Source: Candidatus Limnocylindrus sp.
GTDB lineage: Bacteria > Chloroflexota > Limnocylindria > Limnocylindrales > Limnocylindraceae
Length of the DNA: 34,276 nucleotides
Direction: 5' to 3'
NCBI GenBank assembly: GCA_046086645.1
Contig: JBJSXZ010000072.1
Span: forward strand, 1-34,276
Shown here in pieces: positions 23,379-33,302 of this stretch. The notes below the pieces were generated by a model. It was not told the DNA's origin. It did not search any database and was given only the letters and a program-made list of their open reading frames with translations. The translations under genes and the position numbers were made by a program. Positions within the stretch are counted from its first letter, which is position 1; each line of letters begins with the position of its first letter.

Positions 23379-25223
23379 GTGAGCGAGATTGACCGCGCGC
23401 TAGAAGCTTCCTCGCTGCGCAATCCTCGCGCACGCGCGTTTGTTCAAGAGTGGGCAGAGCACGTCGGCGCGGGCCGCCTCGAGGTGATCAGCGCGAGCGA
23501 TGATGCTCGACTGACCCGTGAGGCGCTCGCTGCAGGCGAGGTTGTTCCGGTCTCCGGCGGACGCATCTACGCGCGCTCGCATCCGAAAGACACTGCTCGT
23601 ACTGAGGAGCGCACCTTCGTCGCGACGGCCGACCCCGCTGACCAGGGTGCATATAACAACTGGCGCCTAAGCAGTGAGATCAAGCCACGCGTGATGGAGC
23701 TAATGCGCAATGCGGCGGCCGGGAAGACGATATACGCGATCCCATATCTCATGGCGCCACCAGGATCGCCACTCGATTCGTGGGCGGCTGGGCTCGAGCT
23801 CACGGATAGCCGTGTTGTGGCCCTCCACATGATTCGCATGACACGAGTGGGGCCCGCCTACCTGGACAACCTTGTCGACCCCGATTCGTTTGTCCGTGGC
23901 GTTCATGTGACGGGAGACCTCGACAATCTCGGTCAAGGAACTCCAGAAGATATGCGCCACTTCATTACCGTGGCAGACGAGCGACTCATCCTTCACTTCG
24001 GATCGTCGTATGGGGGCAACGCGCTCCTCGCGAAGATCGCGCACGGCCTGCGCCAGGGATCGTATGACGGCTGGAAGAGTGGGCGCTTCCTTGCAGAGCA
24101 GTTCATGTTGATCAGCATTCATGACCGAGAGACTGGCCAGACACGCCACATCTGCGGTGGCTTCCCTAGCGCATCTGGAAAAACCAACCTCGCGATGATG
24201 GAGCCCCCCGCAGGGCTCGATGACCGCTATGAGGTGCGCTTCTTTGGTGACGATGTGATCTGGCTCTACGTTGATGAAGTGAGCGGCCGCCTGATGGCAT
24301 TCAATGCAGAGGCCGGAGTCTTCGGCGTGGCACGAAACTCAAACCCAACGACAAACCCAAATGCAATTGAAGCGATCAGCGAGGGGAGCGCAGCACTCTT
24401 TACGAATGTTGCGTACAACGAAATCACCCACGACGTGTGGTGGGAGGGATTGACGCCTGAGCCGCCCGTTGACCTGAAAGGATGGCGCGACTGGCGTGGC
24501 GCGCTGATAGCGGAGCGACACGCTGGAGAGCAGCGATCTGATGCAGCAGGTGTCGAATGGGCACATCCGAATAGCCGCTTTACGACGGCACTTTCGAATG
24601 TGCCAAATATCAGTCCAGATGTCGAACTTGCACGTGGCGTCCCGATTGACGCAATTATCTTCGGCGGAAGGGTGCGCGATCGTGAGCCACTCATCCGCGC
24701 CATGCGCAACCTCGCCGATGGCGTCTACGACGGCCTTACCCTCGGTGCAGAGGCGACCGCAGCGGCAGAGGGGAAAGAGGGTCTCCTGCGCTACGACCCA
24801 ATGTCACTCCGCCCCTTCATGTCGTTTGGCGAGGGTGACTACGCCCAGCACTGGCTGAATGTGCTGGGTCCACTCGCAAACCCACCAGTATTCGCGCACG
24901 TCAACTGGTTCCGCCAGCGCGGCGGCAGGTACCTCTGGCCAGGGTATGGTGAGAATCTTCGCCCCCTTCTCTGGCTCCTTGATTTCGCTGCGGGGCGTGT
25001 TACTGGGCACGAGACTCCCGTGGGTACCGTGCCGCTGGCAGAAGAGCTCGATCTGCGTGGATTGACCCTTGCGCCAGAAGATCTCGACGAACTGCTCTCT
25101 GTTGATGCAGCGCGCTGGCGTCGCGAGATGGAGGGACGCACGGCGCACCTGGCACAGTTCGAACGTCTCCCGCACGAGATCACTGCCGCACACGAGCGCG
25201 CAGTGCGTGGGTTCGAAGGGTAG
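23379..25223 (+). CDS. pckG: phosphoenolpyruvate carboxykinase (GTP)
   Basis: [15 protein letters not shown] (kinase-1a), YLMAPPGSP and WAHPNSRFT. Product is 614 aa, with GTG start after AAAGGGGAGGG. Confidence 0.93.
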   Translation: MSEIDRALEASSLRNPRARAFVQEWAEHVGAGRLEVISASDDARLTREALAAGEVVPVSGGRIYARSHPKDTARTEERTFVATADPADQGAYNNWRLSSEIKPRVMELMRNAAAGKTIYAIPYLMAPPGSPLDSWAAGLELTDSRVVALHMIRMTRVGPAYLDNLVDPDSFVRGVHVTGDLDNLGQGTPEDMRHFITVADERLILHFGSSYGGNALLAKIAHGLRQGSYDGWKSGRFLAEQFMLISIHDRETGQTRHICGGFPSASGKTNLAMMEPPAGLDDRYEVRFFGDDVIWLYVDEVSGRLMAFNAEAGVFGVARNSNPTTNPNAIEAISEGSAALFTNVAYNEITHDVWWEGLTPEPPVDLKGWRDWRGALIAERHAGEQRSDAAGVEWAHPNSRFTTALSNVPNISPDVELARGVPIDAIIFGGRVRDREPLIRAMRNLADGVYDGLTLGAEATAAAEGKEGLLRYDPMSLRPFMSFGEGDYAQHWLNVLGPLANPPVFAHVNWFRQRGGRYLWPGYGENLRPLLWLLDFAAGRVTGHETPVGTVPLAEELDLRGLTLAPEDLDELLSVDAARWRREMEGRTAHLAQFERLPHEITAAHERAVRGFEG

Positions 25224-25242
25224 CGCTGCTATTCTCGCCCGT

Positions 25243-26310
25243 ATGGCAGACCGTTCCACGCACGTCGCACCAGCGATTCGCCTCGAGGGGCTGAGTAAGC
25301 GATTCCCCAAAGTTGACACGCTCGCCGTTTCAGCAATTAATCTGGATGTTCACGAGGGTGAGTTCTTTTCGCTCCTCGGGCCATCTGGCTCCGGCAAGAC
25401 AACCACCTTGCGCATGATTGCTGGATTTGAAGCGCCTTCAGCCGGAACCGTGTATCTACACGGAGAAGATGTCACCAGGCTCCCACCATTCGATCGTGAC
25501 GTTAACACCGTCTTCCAGGATTACGCTCTCTTCCCACATATGAGCGTCGCAGAGAATATTTCATATGGCCTCGAAGTGCGTAAAGTGCCAGTTGCTGAAC
25601 GCTCCGTACGGATTGATGACGCGCTTCGCATGGTGCGGCTTGAAGGATTCGGCGATCGCCGACCCGCGGAGCTTTCAGGTGGACAGCGCCAGCGTGTGGC
25701 CCTTGCTCGCGCGCTCGTGAATCGCCCACGCGTCCTCTTGCTTGACGAGCCGCTCGGTGCACTCGACCTCAAGCTTCGCGAGGAGATGCAGATTGAACTG
25801 AAGGGGATCCAGCAACAGGTTGGCATTACGTTTATCTACGTGACCCACGATCAAGAAGAGGCGCTCACGATGAGTGATCGGATTGCCGTGTTCAATCGCG
25901 GCACAATTGAACAGGTGGGAACCCCAGCAGATATCTACGAACATCCCGCAACGGCATTCGTGGCCGGGTTCGTTGGCACATCGAACCTCCTTACGGGCGA
26001 TACGGCACGTGCCGTGCTTGGGCGAGCGGGCACCTACACGGTTCGCCCCGAGAAGATTCGCCTTGCCGAGCGGAGTGAAGCGGCCACGGGAGAGGAGCAC
26101 TCGGCGCTCGGGAGCGTGCGCAGCGTGGTCTACCTCGGGCCCGATACCCGATATATCATCACCTTGGACGTGGGAGGAGAGCTGGTCGTAACGGAACAAA
26201 ATCTCCGCACCTCGTCGATGGAGGCACTCACTGCGCAAGGTCGAGCGGTTCGGCTCATCTGGCGCCGTGAGCATGTATTGGCCGTTGCGGATGATCCGCG
26301 CGGAAGATAG
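25243..26310 (+). CDS. ABC importer ATP-binding protein (PotA-like, spermidine/putrescine type)
   Basis: [24 protein letters not shown] and [14 protein letters not shown] 25243 (MADRSTH) has TATTCT 7 nt upstream. The 25069 start overlaps pckG. Confidence 0.88.
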   Translation: MADRSTHVAPAIRLEGLSKRFPKVDTLAVSAINLDVHEGEFFSLLGPSGSGKTTTLRMIAGFEAPSAGTVYLHGEDVTRLPPFDRDVNTVFQDYALFPHMSVAENISYGLEVRKVPVAERSVRIDDALRMVRLEGFGDRRPAELSGGQRQRVALARALVNRPRVLLLDEPLGALDLKLREEMQIELKGIQQQVGITFIYVTHDQEEALTMSDRIAVFNRGTIEQVGTPADIYEHPATAFVAGFVGTSNLLTGDTARAVLGRAGTYTVRPEKIRLAERSEAATGEEHSALGSVRSVVYLGPDTRYIITLDVGGELVVTEQNLRTSSMEALTAQGRAVRLIWRREHVLAVADDPRGR

Positions 26311-26331
26311 CCGCAAGGCATAGGGGGGAAC

Positions 26332-27498
26332 ATGCAACGAGCAAAACGTTTCGGCGCGCTGTTCGCCGCGATCGTTGTCGCAGCAGCATGCACCGGCACC
26401 ACACACGGAGCCGGATGGCTTGACACGATAGGCGAAGGAGAAGGAGCGCTCAATCTCATCATCTGGGAAGGCTACGCTGAGCGCGGCGCAGTTGATCCAG
26501 CTTTCGATTGGGTTACACCGTTCGAAGAAGAGACGGGCTGCATGGTGTCAACGACATCAATGTCCGATTCGGCAAACGGTGTGACGATGCTTCAGTCCGG
26601 CGAATATGACGGCGGATCATTCTCAGGTGACGCGAGCGTCCGCCTGATGGTCGCTGGCGACGTTGCACCGATTAACGTCGACCTCTTGAGCAATTACGCA
26701 AACGTCTTTGACGGTCTCAAGCTCAAGTCACACAACTCCCTGGATGGCGTTCCGTACGGCGTGCCACACGGGCGCGGTGCAAACGTTCTCATGTGGAACA
26801 CTGATGAGGTGACTACTGCCCCCACCAGCTGGGATCCAGTTTGGGAAGGCGGTTCGGCTTACAAGAATCAGATCAGCGTGTACGACTCTTCAATCTACAT
26901 CGCCGATGCGGCGATCCACTTGATGGCGACGCAGCCAGAGTTGGGGATCACCGATCCGTACCAGTTGAACGACGCGCAGTTCGCGGCCGCAATCACCCTG
27001 CTCGAGCAGCAGCGTGATAACGGTGCAGAGTATTGGGGTACCGCTGGCGATCAGATCTCTTCATTCGCCTCAGGCGATCTCGTGATCGGCACCACCTGGC
27101 AGTACCAGGCGAACATGCTGGCCGCGGAGAACAAGCCCGTCGATACGACACTCCCTGCAGAGGGCTCGACCGGCTGGTCTGACACGTGGATGATGGCGAC
27201 AACCGCGGCACATCCGAACTGCATGTACATGTGGATGAATCACATGATGTCCGGAGAGGCTGACGGAGCGGCGGCAGTGTGGTTTGGCGAGGCGCCAACG
27301 AGCCAGGCCGCATGCGAGTACGCCGAGACGCTCTCACCCGGGCACTGTGAAACGTTCCATGCAACGGATGAGGCGTACTTCGATAAGGTTTGGTATTGGA
27401 CGACGCCGCAGGCTGACTGCGCCGATTCGGACGAGGCCACAACCTGCAAGGACCAAGACGCCTGGGTTGAGGCGTGGACAACGCTCCGCGGCCAGTAA
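26332..27498 (+). CDS. extracellular solute-binding lipoprotein (PotD/PotF-like)
   Basis: Lipobox VAAACTG, LNLIIWEGYAE, and its position within the pot-type operon. Confidence 0.75.
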   Translation: MQRAKRFGALFAAIVVAAACTGTTHGAGWLDTIGEGEGALNLIIWEGYAERGAVDPAFDWVTPFEEETGCMVSTTSMSDSANGVTMLQSGEYDGGSFSGDASVRLMVAGDVAPINVDLLSNYANVFDGLKLKSHNSLDGVPYGVPHGRGANVLMWNTDEVTTAPTSWDPVWEGGSAYKNQISVYDSSIYIADAAIHLMATQPELGITDPYQLNDAQFAAAITLLEQQRDNGAEYWGTAGDQISSFASGDLVIGTTWQYQANMLAAENKPVDTTLPAEGSTGWSDTWMMATTAAHPNCMYMWMNHMMSGEADGAAAVWFGEAPTSQAACEYAETLSPGHCETFHATDEAYFDKVWYWTTPQADCADSDEATTCKDQDAWVEAWTTLRGQ

Positions 27499-27523
27499 CC
27501 GCGTAGCCTGACCGAACAAACGA

Positions 27524-27560
27524 CGGGGCCCCCTGAGATGTCGATTCTCGGGGGGCCCCG
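27524..27560 (+). terminator. 10-bp GC hairpin after the binding-protein gene (attenuator candidate)
   Basis: CGGGGCCCCC (27524-27533) pairs with GGGGGCCCCG (27551-27560) around a 17-nt loop. The loop contains the first in-frame ATG (27538) of the next ORF. Confidence 0.5.
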
Positions 27561-28443
27561 TGATATTTCCCGTGATGGCGCAACCAAGCGCTTAGCACGC
27601 TGGTTGGGAATGCGGCCAGGTGCGCAGTTGCGCCTCCTTCTCTCTGGCCCACTCGGATGGATCGGCCTCGTCTATGTTGGCTCGCTGCTTGTGCTGCTCC
27701 TCCATGCTTTCTGGGCCAAAGATGCGTTCACTGGAAAGGTCGAACCATTTAACTGGACCCTTCGCGCTTTTGAGCAGCTGCTGTCGAATCCGGTGTACGC
27801 GACCATCGTCGTGCGGACGATCGGGATCGCACTCGCCGTAACGGTCGTCGACGCACTCCTTGCGTTGCCGATTGCGTACTACATGGCACGCGTGGCATCT
27901 CCGCGCAAGCGCGCCGCACTCCTCATCGCCGTAACCATGCCGCTCTGGGCGTCGTACCTCGTGAAGGTGTACGCCTGGCGCACGATGCTCCAGGGGAATG
28001 GGTTCCTCACGTGGATCCTCGAGCCACTCGGTATCAGCGCACCCGGGCTAGGCGAGATTTCCAACACCTGGATTGTCCTGAGCTACCTCTGGCTGCCGTA
28101 CATGATCCTCCCCATCTATGCGGGAATTGAGCGAATCCCCAACTCGCTGCTTGAGGCCTCTGCCGACCTTGGTGGACGAGCGGGAATGACCTTCCGTCGC
28201 GTCATACTTCCGCTTCTCATCCCATCGCTTGCGGCCGGCTCGATCTTCACCTTCTCACTCAGCCTTGGCGACTACATTGTCCCCGACCTTGTCTCCGACG
28301 CGAAATTCATCGGCAACGTGATCTACGACAACTCCGCGCTGGGAAACTTTCCCGTTGCCGCTGCGTTCTCAGTCGTGCCCATTCTTGTGATGGTTGGATA
28401 TCTGGCCATTGCACGCCGACTTGGCGCGTTTGACTCACTGTGA
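27538..28443 (+). CDS. ABC importer permease (PotB-like)
   Basis: Six-TM permease with EAA loop LLEASADLGGRAGMTFRRVILP. The start may be ATG 27610 (MRPGAQL) rather than 27538, which sits in a hairpin loop. Confidence 0.85.
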   Translation: MSILGGPRDISRDGATKRLARWLGMRPGAQLRLLLSGPLGWIGLVYVGSLLVLLLHAFWAKDAFTGKVEPFNWTLRAFEQLLSNPVYATIVVRTIGIALAVTVVDALLALPIAYYMARVASPRKRAALLIAVTMPLWASYLVKVYAWRTMLQGNGFLTWILEPLGISAPGLGEISNTWIVLSYLWLPYMILPIYAGIERIPNSLLEASADLGGRAGMTFRRVILPLLIPSLAAGSIFTFSLSLGDYIVPDLVSDAKFIGNVIYDNSALGNFPVAAAFSVVPILVMVGYLAIARRLGAFDSL

Positions 28444-28449
28444 TGCACC

Positions 28450-29253
28450 ATGGTTGAGTCGCCACTCATTCGCTTCTTGCTCCGCATGGCGACTGGCCTC
28501 GTCTTGCTTTTCATCTACACACCACTCGTCATCCTTGGCGTCTATGCCTTCAACGACAGTAGGTTGATGGGGTGGCCGCCCGCTGGATTCACGCTCCGCT
28601 GGTTTGGCGAGGCTGCGGCAAACCCGGCTATTCACGAGGCGCTGGTCAACTCGCTTATTGCCGCATCTACTGCAACGCTCATCGCGCTCCTACTTGGCAC
28701 GCTTGCTGCGCTTGCGATACAACGCTACGATTTTTTCGGCAAGAACTCCGTCTCGTTCCTCTTCGTCTTACCGATTGCACTCCCTGGCGTAGTCACCGGC
28801 ATTGCACTCCAGAGCACCTTCAAGCTTTTCGGCATCGGCCTTGGGCTGCCAACGATCATCGTCGCGCACGCAACCTTCTGTGTCGTTGTCGCATACAACA
28901 ACGTTGTTGCCCGCCTTCGGCGCCTGCCTCGATCCCCCGAAGAGGCCTCTGCGGATCTTGGCGCAACTCCATGGATGACCTTCCGCCGCATCACCCTCCC
29001 GGGCATGCGCACGGCGCTCCTTTCGGGTGGCCTGCTCGCTTTTGCACTCTCGTTTGACGAGGTGATCGTCACCCTCTTTGCTGCCGGCGCAGGCACGAAG
29101 ACGATCCCGGTCTGGATCTTCAGCGCGATGCAGCGTCCGAATGAGCTACCGGTCGTGAACGTCGTTGCGCTGGTCCTCGTGCTTGTATCGATTATTCCCG
29201 TTTGGATCGCGCAGCGAATCAGTGGCGGCGAGGCAACTCGCATCACGCGGTAG
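28450..29253 (+). CDS. ABC importer permease (PotC-like)
   Basis: Six-TM permease with EAA loop PEEASADLGATPWMTFRRITLP. Confidence 0.85.
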   Translation: MVESPLIRFLLRMATGLVLLFIYTPLVILGVYAFNDSRLMGWPPAGFTLRWFGEAAANPAIHEALVNSLIAASTATLIALLLGTLAALAIQRYDFFGKNSVSFLFVLPIALPGVVTGIALQSTFKLFGIGLGLPTIIVAHATFCVVVAYNNVVARLRRLPRSPEEASADLGATPWMTFRRITLPGMRTALLSGGLLAFALSFDEVIVTLFAAGAGTKTIPVWIFSAMQRPNELPVVNVVALVLVLVSIIPVWIAQRISGGEATRITR

Positions 29254-29260
29254 GAGCTGC

Positions 29261-30142
29261 TCAGCGGCGCTTCCTTGATCTAGTTGGCGTCTCACTGCGG
29301 AGCGTACGGTACGTCCAGCCTATGGCTGTTACCCAGAGGGCGATGATGACGACGTAGGCACCGAGGAACACCTCGCCAGATGCCCCAACTGCTGCAAGCA
29401 GGACGCGCGCGTTGGTGAAGCAGATAAACCCACCTACCGTCACCCCCAGCAGGCGTGGATTGAGATGGCGAACAAGATAGGCGGCAATCGGCGCTGCAAT
29501 GAGGCCGCCTGCTAGCAGTGCCAACACAAACTCAATGCGTACCCCTTCGCCGCCGAGCGATGTGAAAAACCCGAGGCTTGCTGAAATTGCAACGATGAAC
29601 TCACTGGCGCTGACCGTGCCGATCACGCGGTTAGGTGCGAGCCGCCCGTCGGCAAGCAGTGTCGGCGTTGTCGTGGGTCCCCAACCTCCACCACCCGTAG
29701 CATCGATAAATCCGCCGATGAGTCCGAGCGGGGCGAGGAACTTGAGGCCAGGGAGGCCGGCTCGCTGCACACGCGCTCGGACGAAGAGGAAGCGTGCAAG
29801 CACGTAGAGCCCAAGGATAAAGAGAATGGTGCTTGCCATTGGCTTTGCCGCTTCGGTAGAGATCGATGAGAGAAGTGTTGCACCAGAAAACGCGCCGATC
29901 CCACCAGGGATCGCAATGCGCCGAACGACCGACCAGTCCACATTGCCAAAACGATGATGGGAGATTCCCGAGAGGGCAGTTGTCCCGACCTCGGCAAGGT
30001 GCACCGACGCAGATGCCATAGCCGGCGTCAACCCCGCAAAGATCAGCAGGGTAGATGAGGTGAGCCCGTAGCCCATCCCGAGTGACCCGTCGACGAATTG
30101 AGCTGCCAGACCGGCAATCGCCACCACGATCAAGGTTTGCAT
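29261..30142 (-). CDS. TauE/SafE (TSUP) family anion permease
   Basis: FVDGSLGMGYGLTSSTLL .. FIDATGGGGWGPTTTPTL is the duplicated TSUP pattern. SD GGGAGG. Confidence 0.85.
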   Translation of the reverse strand: MQTLIVVAIAGLAAQFVDGSLGMGYGLTSSTLLIFAGLTPAMASASVHLAEVGTTALSGISHHRFGNVDWSVVRRIAIPGGIGAFSGATLLSSISTEAAKPMASTILFILGLYVLARFLFVRARVQRAGLPGLKFLAPLGLIGGFIDATGGGGWGPTTTPTLLADGRLAPNRVIGTVSASEFIVAISASLGFFTSLGGEGVRIEFVLALLAGGLIAAPIAAYLVRHLNPRLLGVTVGGFICFTNARVLLAAVGASGEVFLGAYVVIIALWVTAIGWTYRTLRSETPTRSRKRR

Positions 30143-30158
30143 GCTGCCTCCCTACCTT

Positions 30159-30191
30159 GTGAGTATTAACTACATAATATAGTGAGAATAC
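30159..30191. promoter_or_regulatory. AT-rich repeat cluster upstream of tauE (candidate promoter/operator)
   Basis: GTGAGTATTA (30159-30168) and GTGAGAATAC (30182-30191) are direct repeats. They flank TATTA-N6-TAATA (30164-30179). A minus-strand TATATT lies at 30181-30176. Confidence 0.3.
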
Positions 30192-30318
30192 AGACTAAGG
30201 TTGATGGCGTCAACGAAGCGTCCGGACATTGCCATTGGAGCGCCGATCAGGGAGTTTAGGGTTTGCAGGACTTTTTCAAGGGCATGGCGTCAGCGCGATG
30301 CGGGGGTCTTGGGGGGCG

Positions 30319-30768
30319 CTAGCGCCACGCGCTCGGGTTGTCGAGGAGGCGCTTGATTCGGGCTGGGAAGCGTTGGGCAACAGCATCGGCAATCGAGACC
30401 CCCTCGAGGATCTCGCGCTCGGCCGCACGAATGGCGATAAGCACCTCGCGGAGCCCCTTTGCCGCCCCCTTGTAGTTGAGCTGCTCTGGCCGTGTTCCGG
30501 CGACGTTCGTGAGTGTGCCGTCTACCGCGCGAATGACATCGGCTAGGGTGATGAGTTTCGGGCTCTTTGCAAGCGCCCAACCCCCCTCAACGCCACGTCG
30601 GGCGGTCACGATCCCTGCGCGACGCAGTTGTGCGAGCACGGCTCCAAGATACGAGGCGGGAATCCCCTGGCTCTTGCCGAGGGCAATCGTGGTGAGGGGT
30701 TCGTCCCCGGCAACCGCAAGTTCCATGACGGCTCGCAGTGCATAGTCGGTCCGACTTGTAAGGCGCAT
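30319..30768 (-). CDS. Rrf2-family transcriptional regulator without Fe-S cysteines (CymR-like)
   Basis: MRLTSRTDYALRAVMELA .. IPASYLGAVLAQLRRAGIV is an Rrf2 wHTH. There is no Cys in the 149-aa product. ATG 30768 has TATGCT 6 nt upstream. Confidence 0.88.
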   Translation of the reverse strand: MRLTSRTDYALRAVMELAVAGDEPLTTIALGKSQGIPASYLGAVLAQLRRAGIVTARRGVEGGWALAKSPKLITLADVIRAVDGTLTNVAGTRPEQLNYKGAAKGLREVLIAIRAAEREILEGVSIADAVAQRFPARIKRLLDNPSAWR

Positions 30769-30811
30769 GCATGCAGCATACTGGTACACAATAGAACCAG
30801 GAGGAGCAGTT

Positions 30812-32023
30812 GTGAGCGATAGTGCGAAGCGCAGGGAAATCAATCCAATTCCAGCACCTGGCGTACTCCTTCATATTGGACCTCCAAAAACCGGTACGAC
30901 TGCGCTGCAGCAGACGTGCCATACGCTCCGTGCCGCCATGCTCGAGCAAGGAGTTCGGTATGCGGGTGATGAACAACAACCTTCGACTGCTGTGTTCGCC
31001 GTGACTGGGCGAACACATCCGAGTACGGGGAAGGTTCCGTCGCTTCGCCATTGGACCCAGTTGCGAGACGAGGTTGTGAACGCGAAAGAGCAGCGGGTTC
31101 TGGTAAGCAGCGAGTTCTTTGCTGGCGCAACGAGCGAACAGGCCACTAGGATAATCCGTGAACTCGGTGGAGACCGCGTACGGGTTCTCATCACACTCCG
31201 ACCGCTGGCAAAGATTCTTGCTTCGCGGTGGCAGCAGAATGTGCAAGAAGGTTCAGTTCCCACCTATTCCGACTGGCTCACCGCCGTGTTGAACGATCGT
31301 GGAAGTGAGCTCAGCCAGAAATTCTGGTCGCGACAACAGCACGCAGAACTCGTGAGCCGCTGGGCGCGCGTGGCTGGCCCAGATCGCGTCACTGTCCTTG
31401 TCGTTGACGACGCGCATCGCAACGCTCTCTTGCGCGATGTTGAGCAGTTGCTCGCGCTTCGATCAGAGACACTTCAATTATCTTCTGTTGACTCGCTCAA
31501 CCGCTCACTGACCGCTCCAGAAGTTGAAGCAATCCGCATGTTCAATGTTGCATTCAAAGCAGCGAACCTTTCGAAAGCGCTCCGGTATAAGCTCATGTCT
31601 CGTGGCGGGGCGCAGCTCTTGAAGACCCGAACTCCAGAGCCGAGCGAGGCGCGAATTCTCACCCCTGCATGGGCCGATACTGCAGCACAAAACATTGCCC
31701 AAGAGATGATTACCGAGATTGCGGCGACCGGCGTACGGATCATCGGCGACCTCTCTCTGCTCGGGAGGGGGCTCGATCCATCCGCAATTGGTGAGATAGA
31801 TGACGCAGGGTTAAAGGTCGCGCCAGAGACTGCAGCATCACTTGCCATGGGCGTGCTGATCGCCACGGGTGCAGGGCGTGGATATGAGCGTGGTTCGAGG
31901 CTGCCAGCTTGGACAGAGCCGGAGGAGTTAAAGCGTGTTCCCACGCGCAACCTCGTGCGCGTAGTGCTGCAACGGCAGGTTCAAGGCCTGCTCCTTCGCG
32001 TGCGCAGCCTAATTCGACGCTAG
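30812..32023 (+). CDS. sulfotransferase-like protein, paralogue 2 (uncharacterised ~400-aa family)
   Basis: LHIGPPKTGTTALQ is a PAPS 5'-PSB loop and ITLRPLAKILASRWQQ is 3'-PB-like. GTG 30812 lies 7 nt after AGGAGG (30799-30804). The ATG 30767 start would overlap the rrf2 start. Confidence 0.65.
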   Translation: MSDSAKRREINPIPAPGVLLHIGPPKTGTTALQQTCHTLRAAMLEQGVRYAGDEQQPSTAVFAVTGRTHPSTGKVPSLRHWTQLRDEVVNAKEQRVLVSSEFFAGATSEQATRIIRELGGDRVRVLITLRPLAKILASRWQQNVQEGSVPTYSDWLTAVLNDRGSELSQKFWSRQQHAELVSRWARVAGPDRVTVLVVDDAHRNALLRDVEQLLALRSETLQLSSVDSLNRSLTAPEVEAIRMFNVAFKAANLSKALRYKLMSRGGAQLLKTRTPEPSEARILTPAWADTAAQNIAQEMITEIAATGVRIIGDLSLLGRGLDPSAIGEIDDAGLKVAPETAASLAMGVLIATGAGRGYERGSRLPAWTEPEELKRVPTRNLVRVVLQRQVQGLLLRVRSLIRR

Positions 32024-33279
32024 GAGCTGAGGAGCGCCTTCACCTGGTCGACAGCCGATTCGATGCTCACCAGAGAAGCGTCGATCACCAGGTCGGCGTC
32101 TGCAGGAATCTCATAGGGCGACGAGATGCCGGTGAATTCGGCGATCTCCCCGGCGCGCGCCTTTGCGTAAAGGCCTTTTCGGTCGCGAGCCTCGCAGATC
32201 TCAAGCGGCGTGCTTACGTAGATCAGGTAGAACGGGGCGACGCCAGCAGCGAGCGCGCGTGCCGCTTCGCGACTCTCAGCAAATGGCGCAATCGGTGCGG
32301 CGATTGCAATTCCTCCGCCCCGCGCGACCTCTACTGCAGCTTCGGCAATGCGCGTCACGTTGGTATTGCGCGCGGCACGGTCAAAGCCAAGACCGAGCGA
32401 GACCCGCCTGCGCATTGCGTCGCCGTCAAGAAGGTGGACATTGGCTGCGCCGTCATCGCGCAATGATTCAGCGAGCGAGCGAGCGATTGTTGACTTTCCC
32501 GAACCAGAGAGTCCAGTAAAGAAGACAACTGCCGGTTGACTCCACGTACCAGACGCTGCTGCTTCAACTTCGCGTGTTGATGCGAGAGTCAGCTCGCTTG
32601 CGCTGCGCACAGCTCCAACTGGCGCTCCCACAACGAACTGCGTCGACTTCTGCGCACCATACGCAGCAAGTGCGCGGAGAAGCCGCGCATCATCGTTGAG
32701 CGGTGCGCCTGGTTGCGCATGTGGCCACGGGAGGATGAGGAGCTCGACTCTTGCACTCGGGAGGTGTTGGCGAAGTTCGTCTGAAGCAGCGATTAGGCTG
32801 CGCGTTAATCCTGCGGCGCCAACCTCCCCCATGTGCGCAGCCTTCCGCGATACGAGCCCGACGATGATGATGCGCGATACCCTCGGCGCCGCACTCTCCG
32901 CCGCGCGGACGATCGCTTCGATTTCGGCGGTACTTGGCGGAAGCACAGCCACAAATGCGATATCGAACGGGGCCGTGTCGGTGGCTGCCGCATGGCGAAG
33001 TGCGGGATCCCACTGTGGGCCGAGCCCACGGGCGAGCGGCTTTAATGGAGTGAGCCCTACGCTACCCGTTGACGAAACGCTGATCTCAGCCAGCGGGGTG
33101 TTCTCCTCATCGCTGAAGGTGCACCGCCGTGCTCCCTGAGGGGCGAGATCGAGAACGTCTGCAGGCTCTGCCGCCCCGCTCAACACGAGTTCCAGGCGGT
33201 CGAGTCCTGCCTCGTCCAGGATGACCGCGCTCGTGCCTCCGTTGCCAGTGCTGCCCGCCAGCGTTTGATCAGATCGCAT
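32020..33279 (-). CDS. cysC: adenylylsulfate (APS) kinase with ~215-aa N-terminal ATP-sulfurylase-like, apparently degenerate, domain
   Basis: C-terminal half: VVFFTGLSGSGKSTIA .. LDGDAMRR .. FTGISSPYE. N-terminal half: LELVLSGAAEP, IIIVGLVSRK and VELLILPWP, but no HxxH. Confidence 0.85.
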   Translation of the reverse strand: MRSDQTLAGSTGNGGTSAVILDEAGLDRLELVLSGAAEPADVLDLAPQGARRCTFSDEENTPLAEISVSSTGSVGLTPLKPLARGLGPQWDPALRHAAATDTAPFDIAFVAVLPPSTAEIEAIVRAAESAAPRVSRIIIVGLVSRKAAHMGEVGAAGLTRSLIAASDELRQHLPSARVELLILPWPHAQPGAPLNDDARLLRALAAYGAQKSTQFVVGAPVGAVRSASELTLASTREVEAAASGTWSQPAVVFFTGLSGSGKSTIARSLAESLRDDGAANVHLLDGDAMRRRVSLGLGFDRAARNTNVTRIAEAAVEVARGGGIAIAAPIAPFAESREAARALAAGVAPFYLIYVSTPLEICEARDRKGLYAKARAGEIAEFTGISSPYEIPADADLVIDASLVSIESAVDQVKALLSS

Positions 33280-33285
33280 AGTGGG

Positions 33286-33302
33286 AGATTACCCCCTAAT
33301 CT
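33286..33302. promoter_or_regulatory. inverted repeat AGATTA-CCCCC-TAATCT = two back-to-back TANNNT -10 candidates
   Basis: The minus-strand TAATCT (33291-33286) lies 6 nt from the cysC ATG at 33279. The plus-strand TAATCT (33297-33302) lies 7 nt from the cysQ ATG at 33310. Confidence 0.4.

Noticed and set aside
25069-25242. Upstream extension of the PotA-like ORF, with a start at 25069.
   Set aside because: It overlaps the last 155 nt of pckG. ATG 25243 (MADRSTH...) follows the pckG stop and carries a -10-like hexamer at leaderless spacing.
30229-31263. ORFs 30229-30546 (+), 30290-30580 (-), 30587-31246 (-) and 30871-31263 (-) across the rrf2 and sulfotransferase genes.
   Set aside because: All are alternative-frame or antisense readings of two genes that have clear family motifs. 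Their products are low-complexity.
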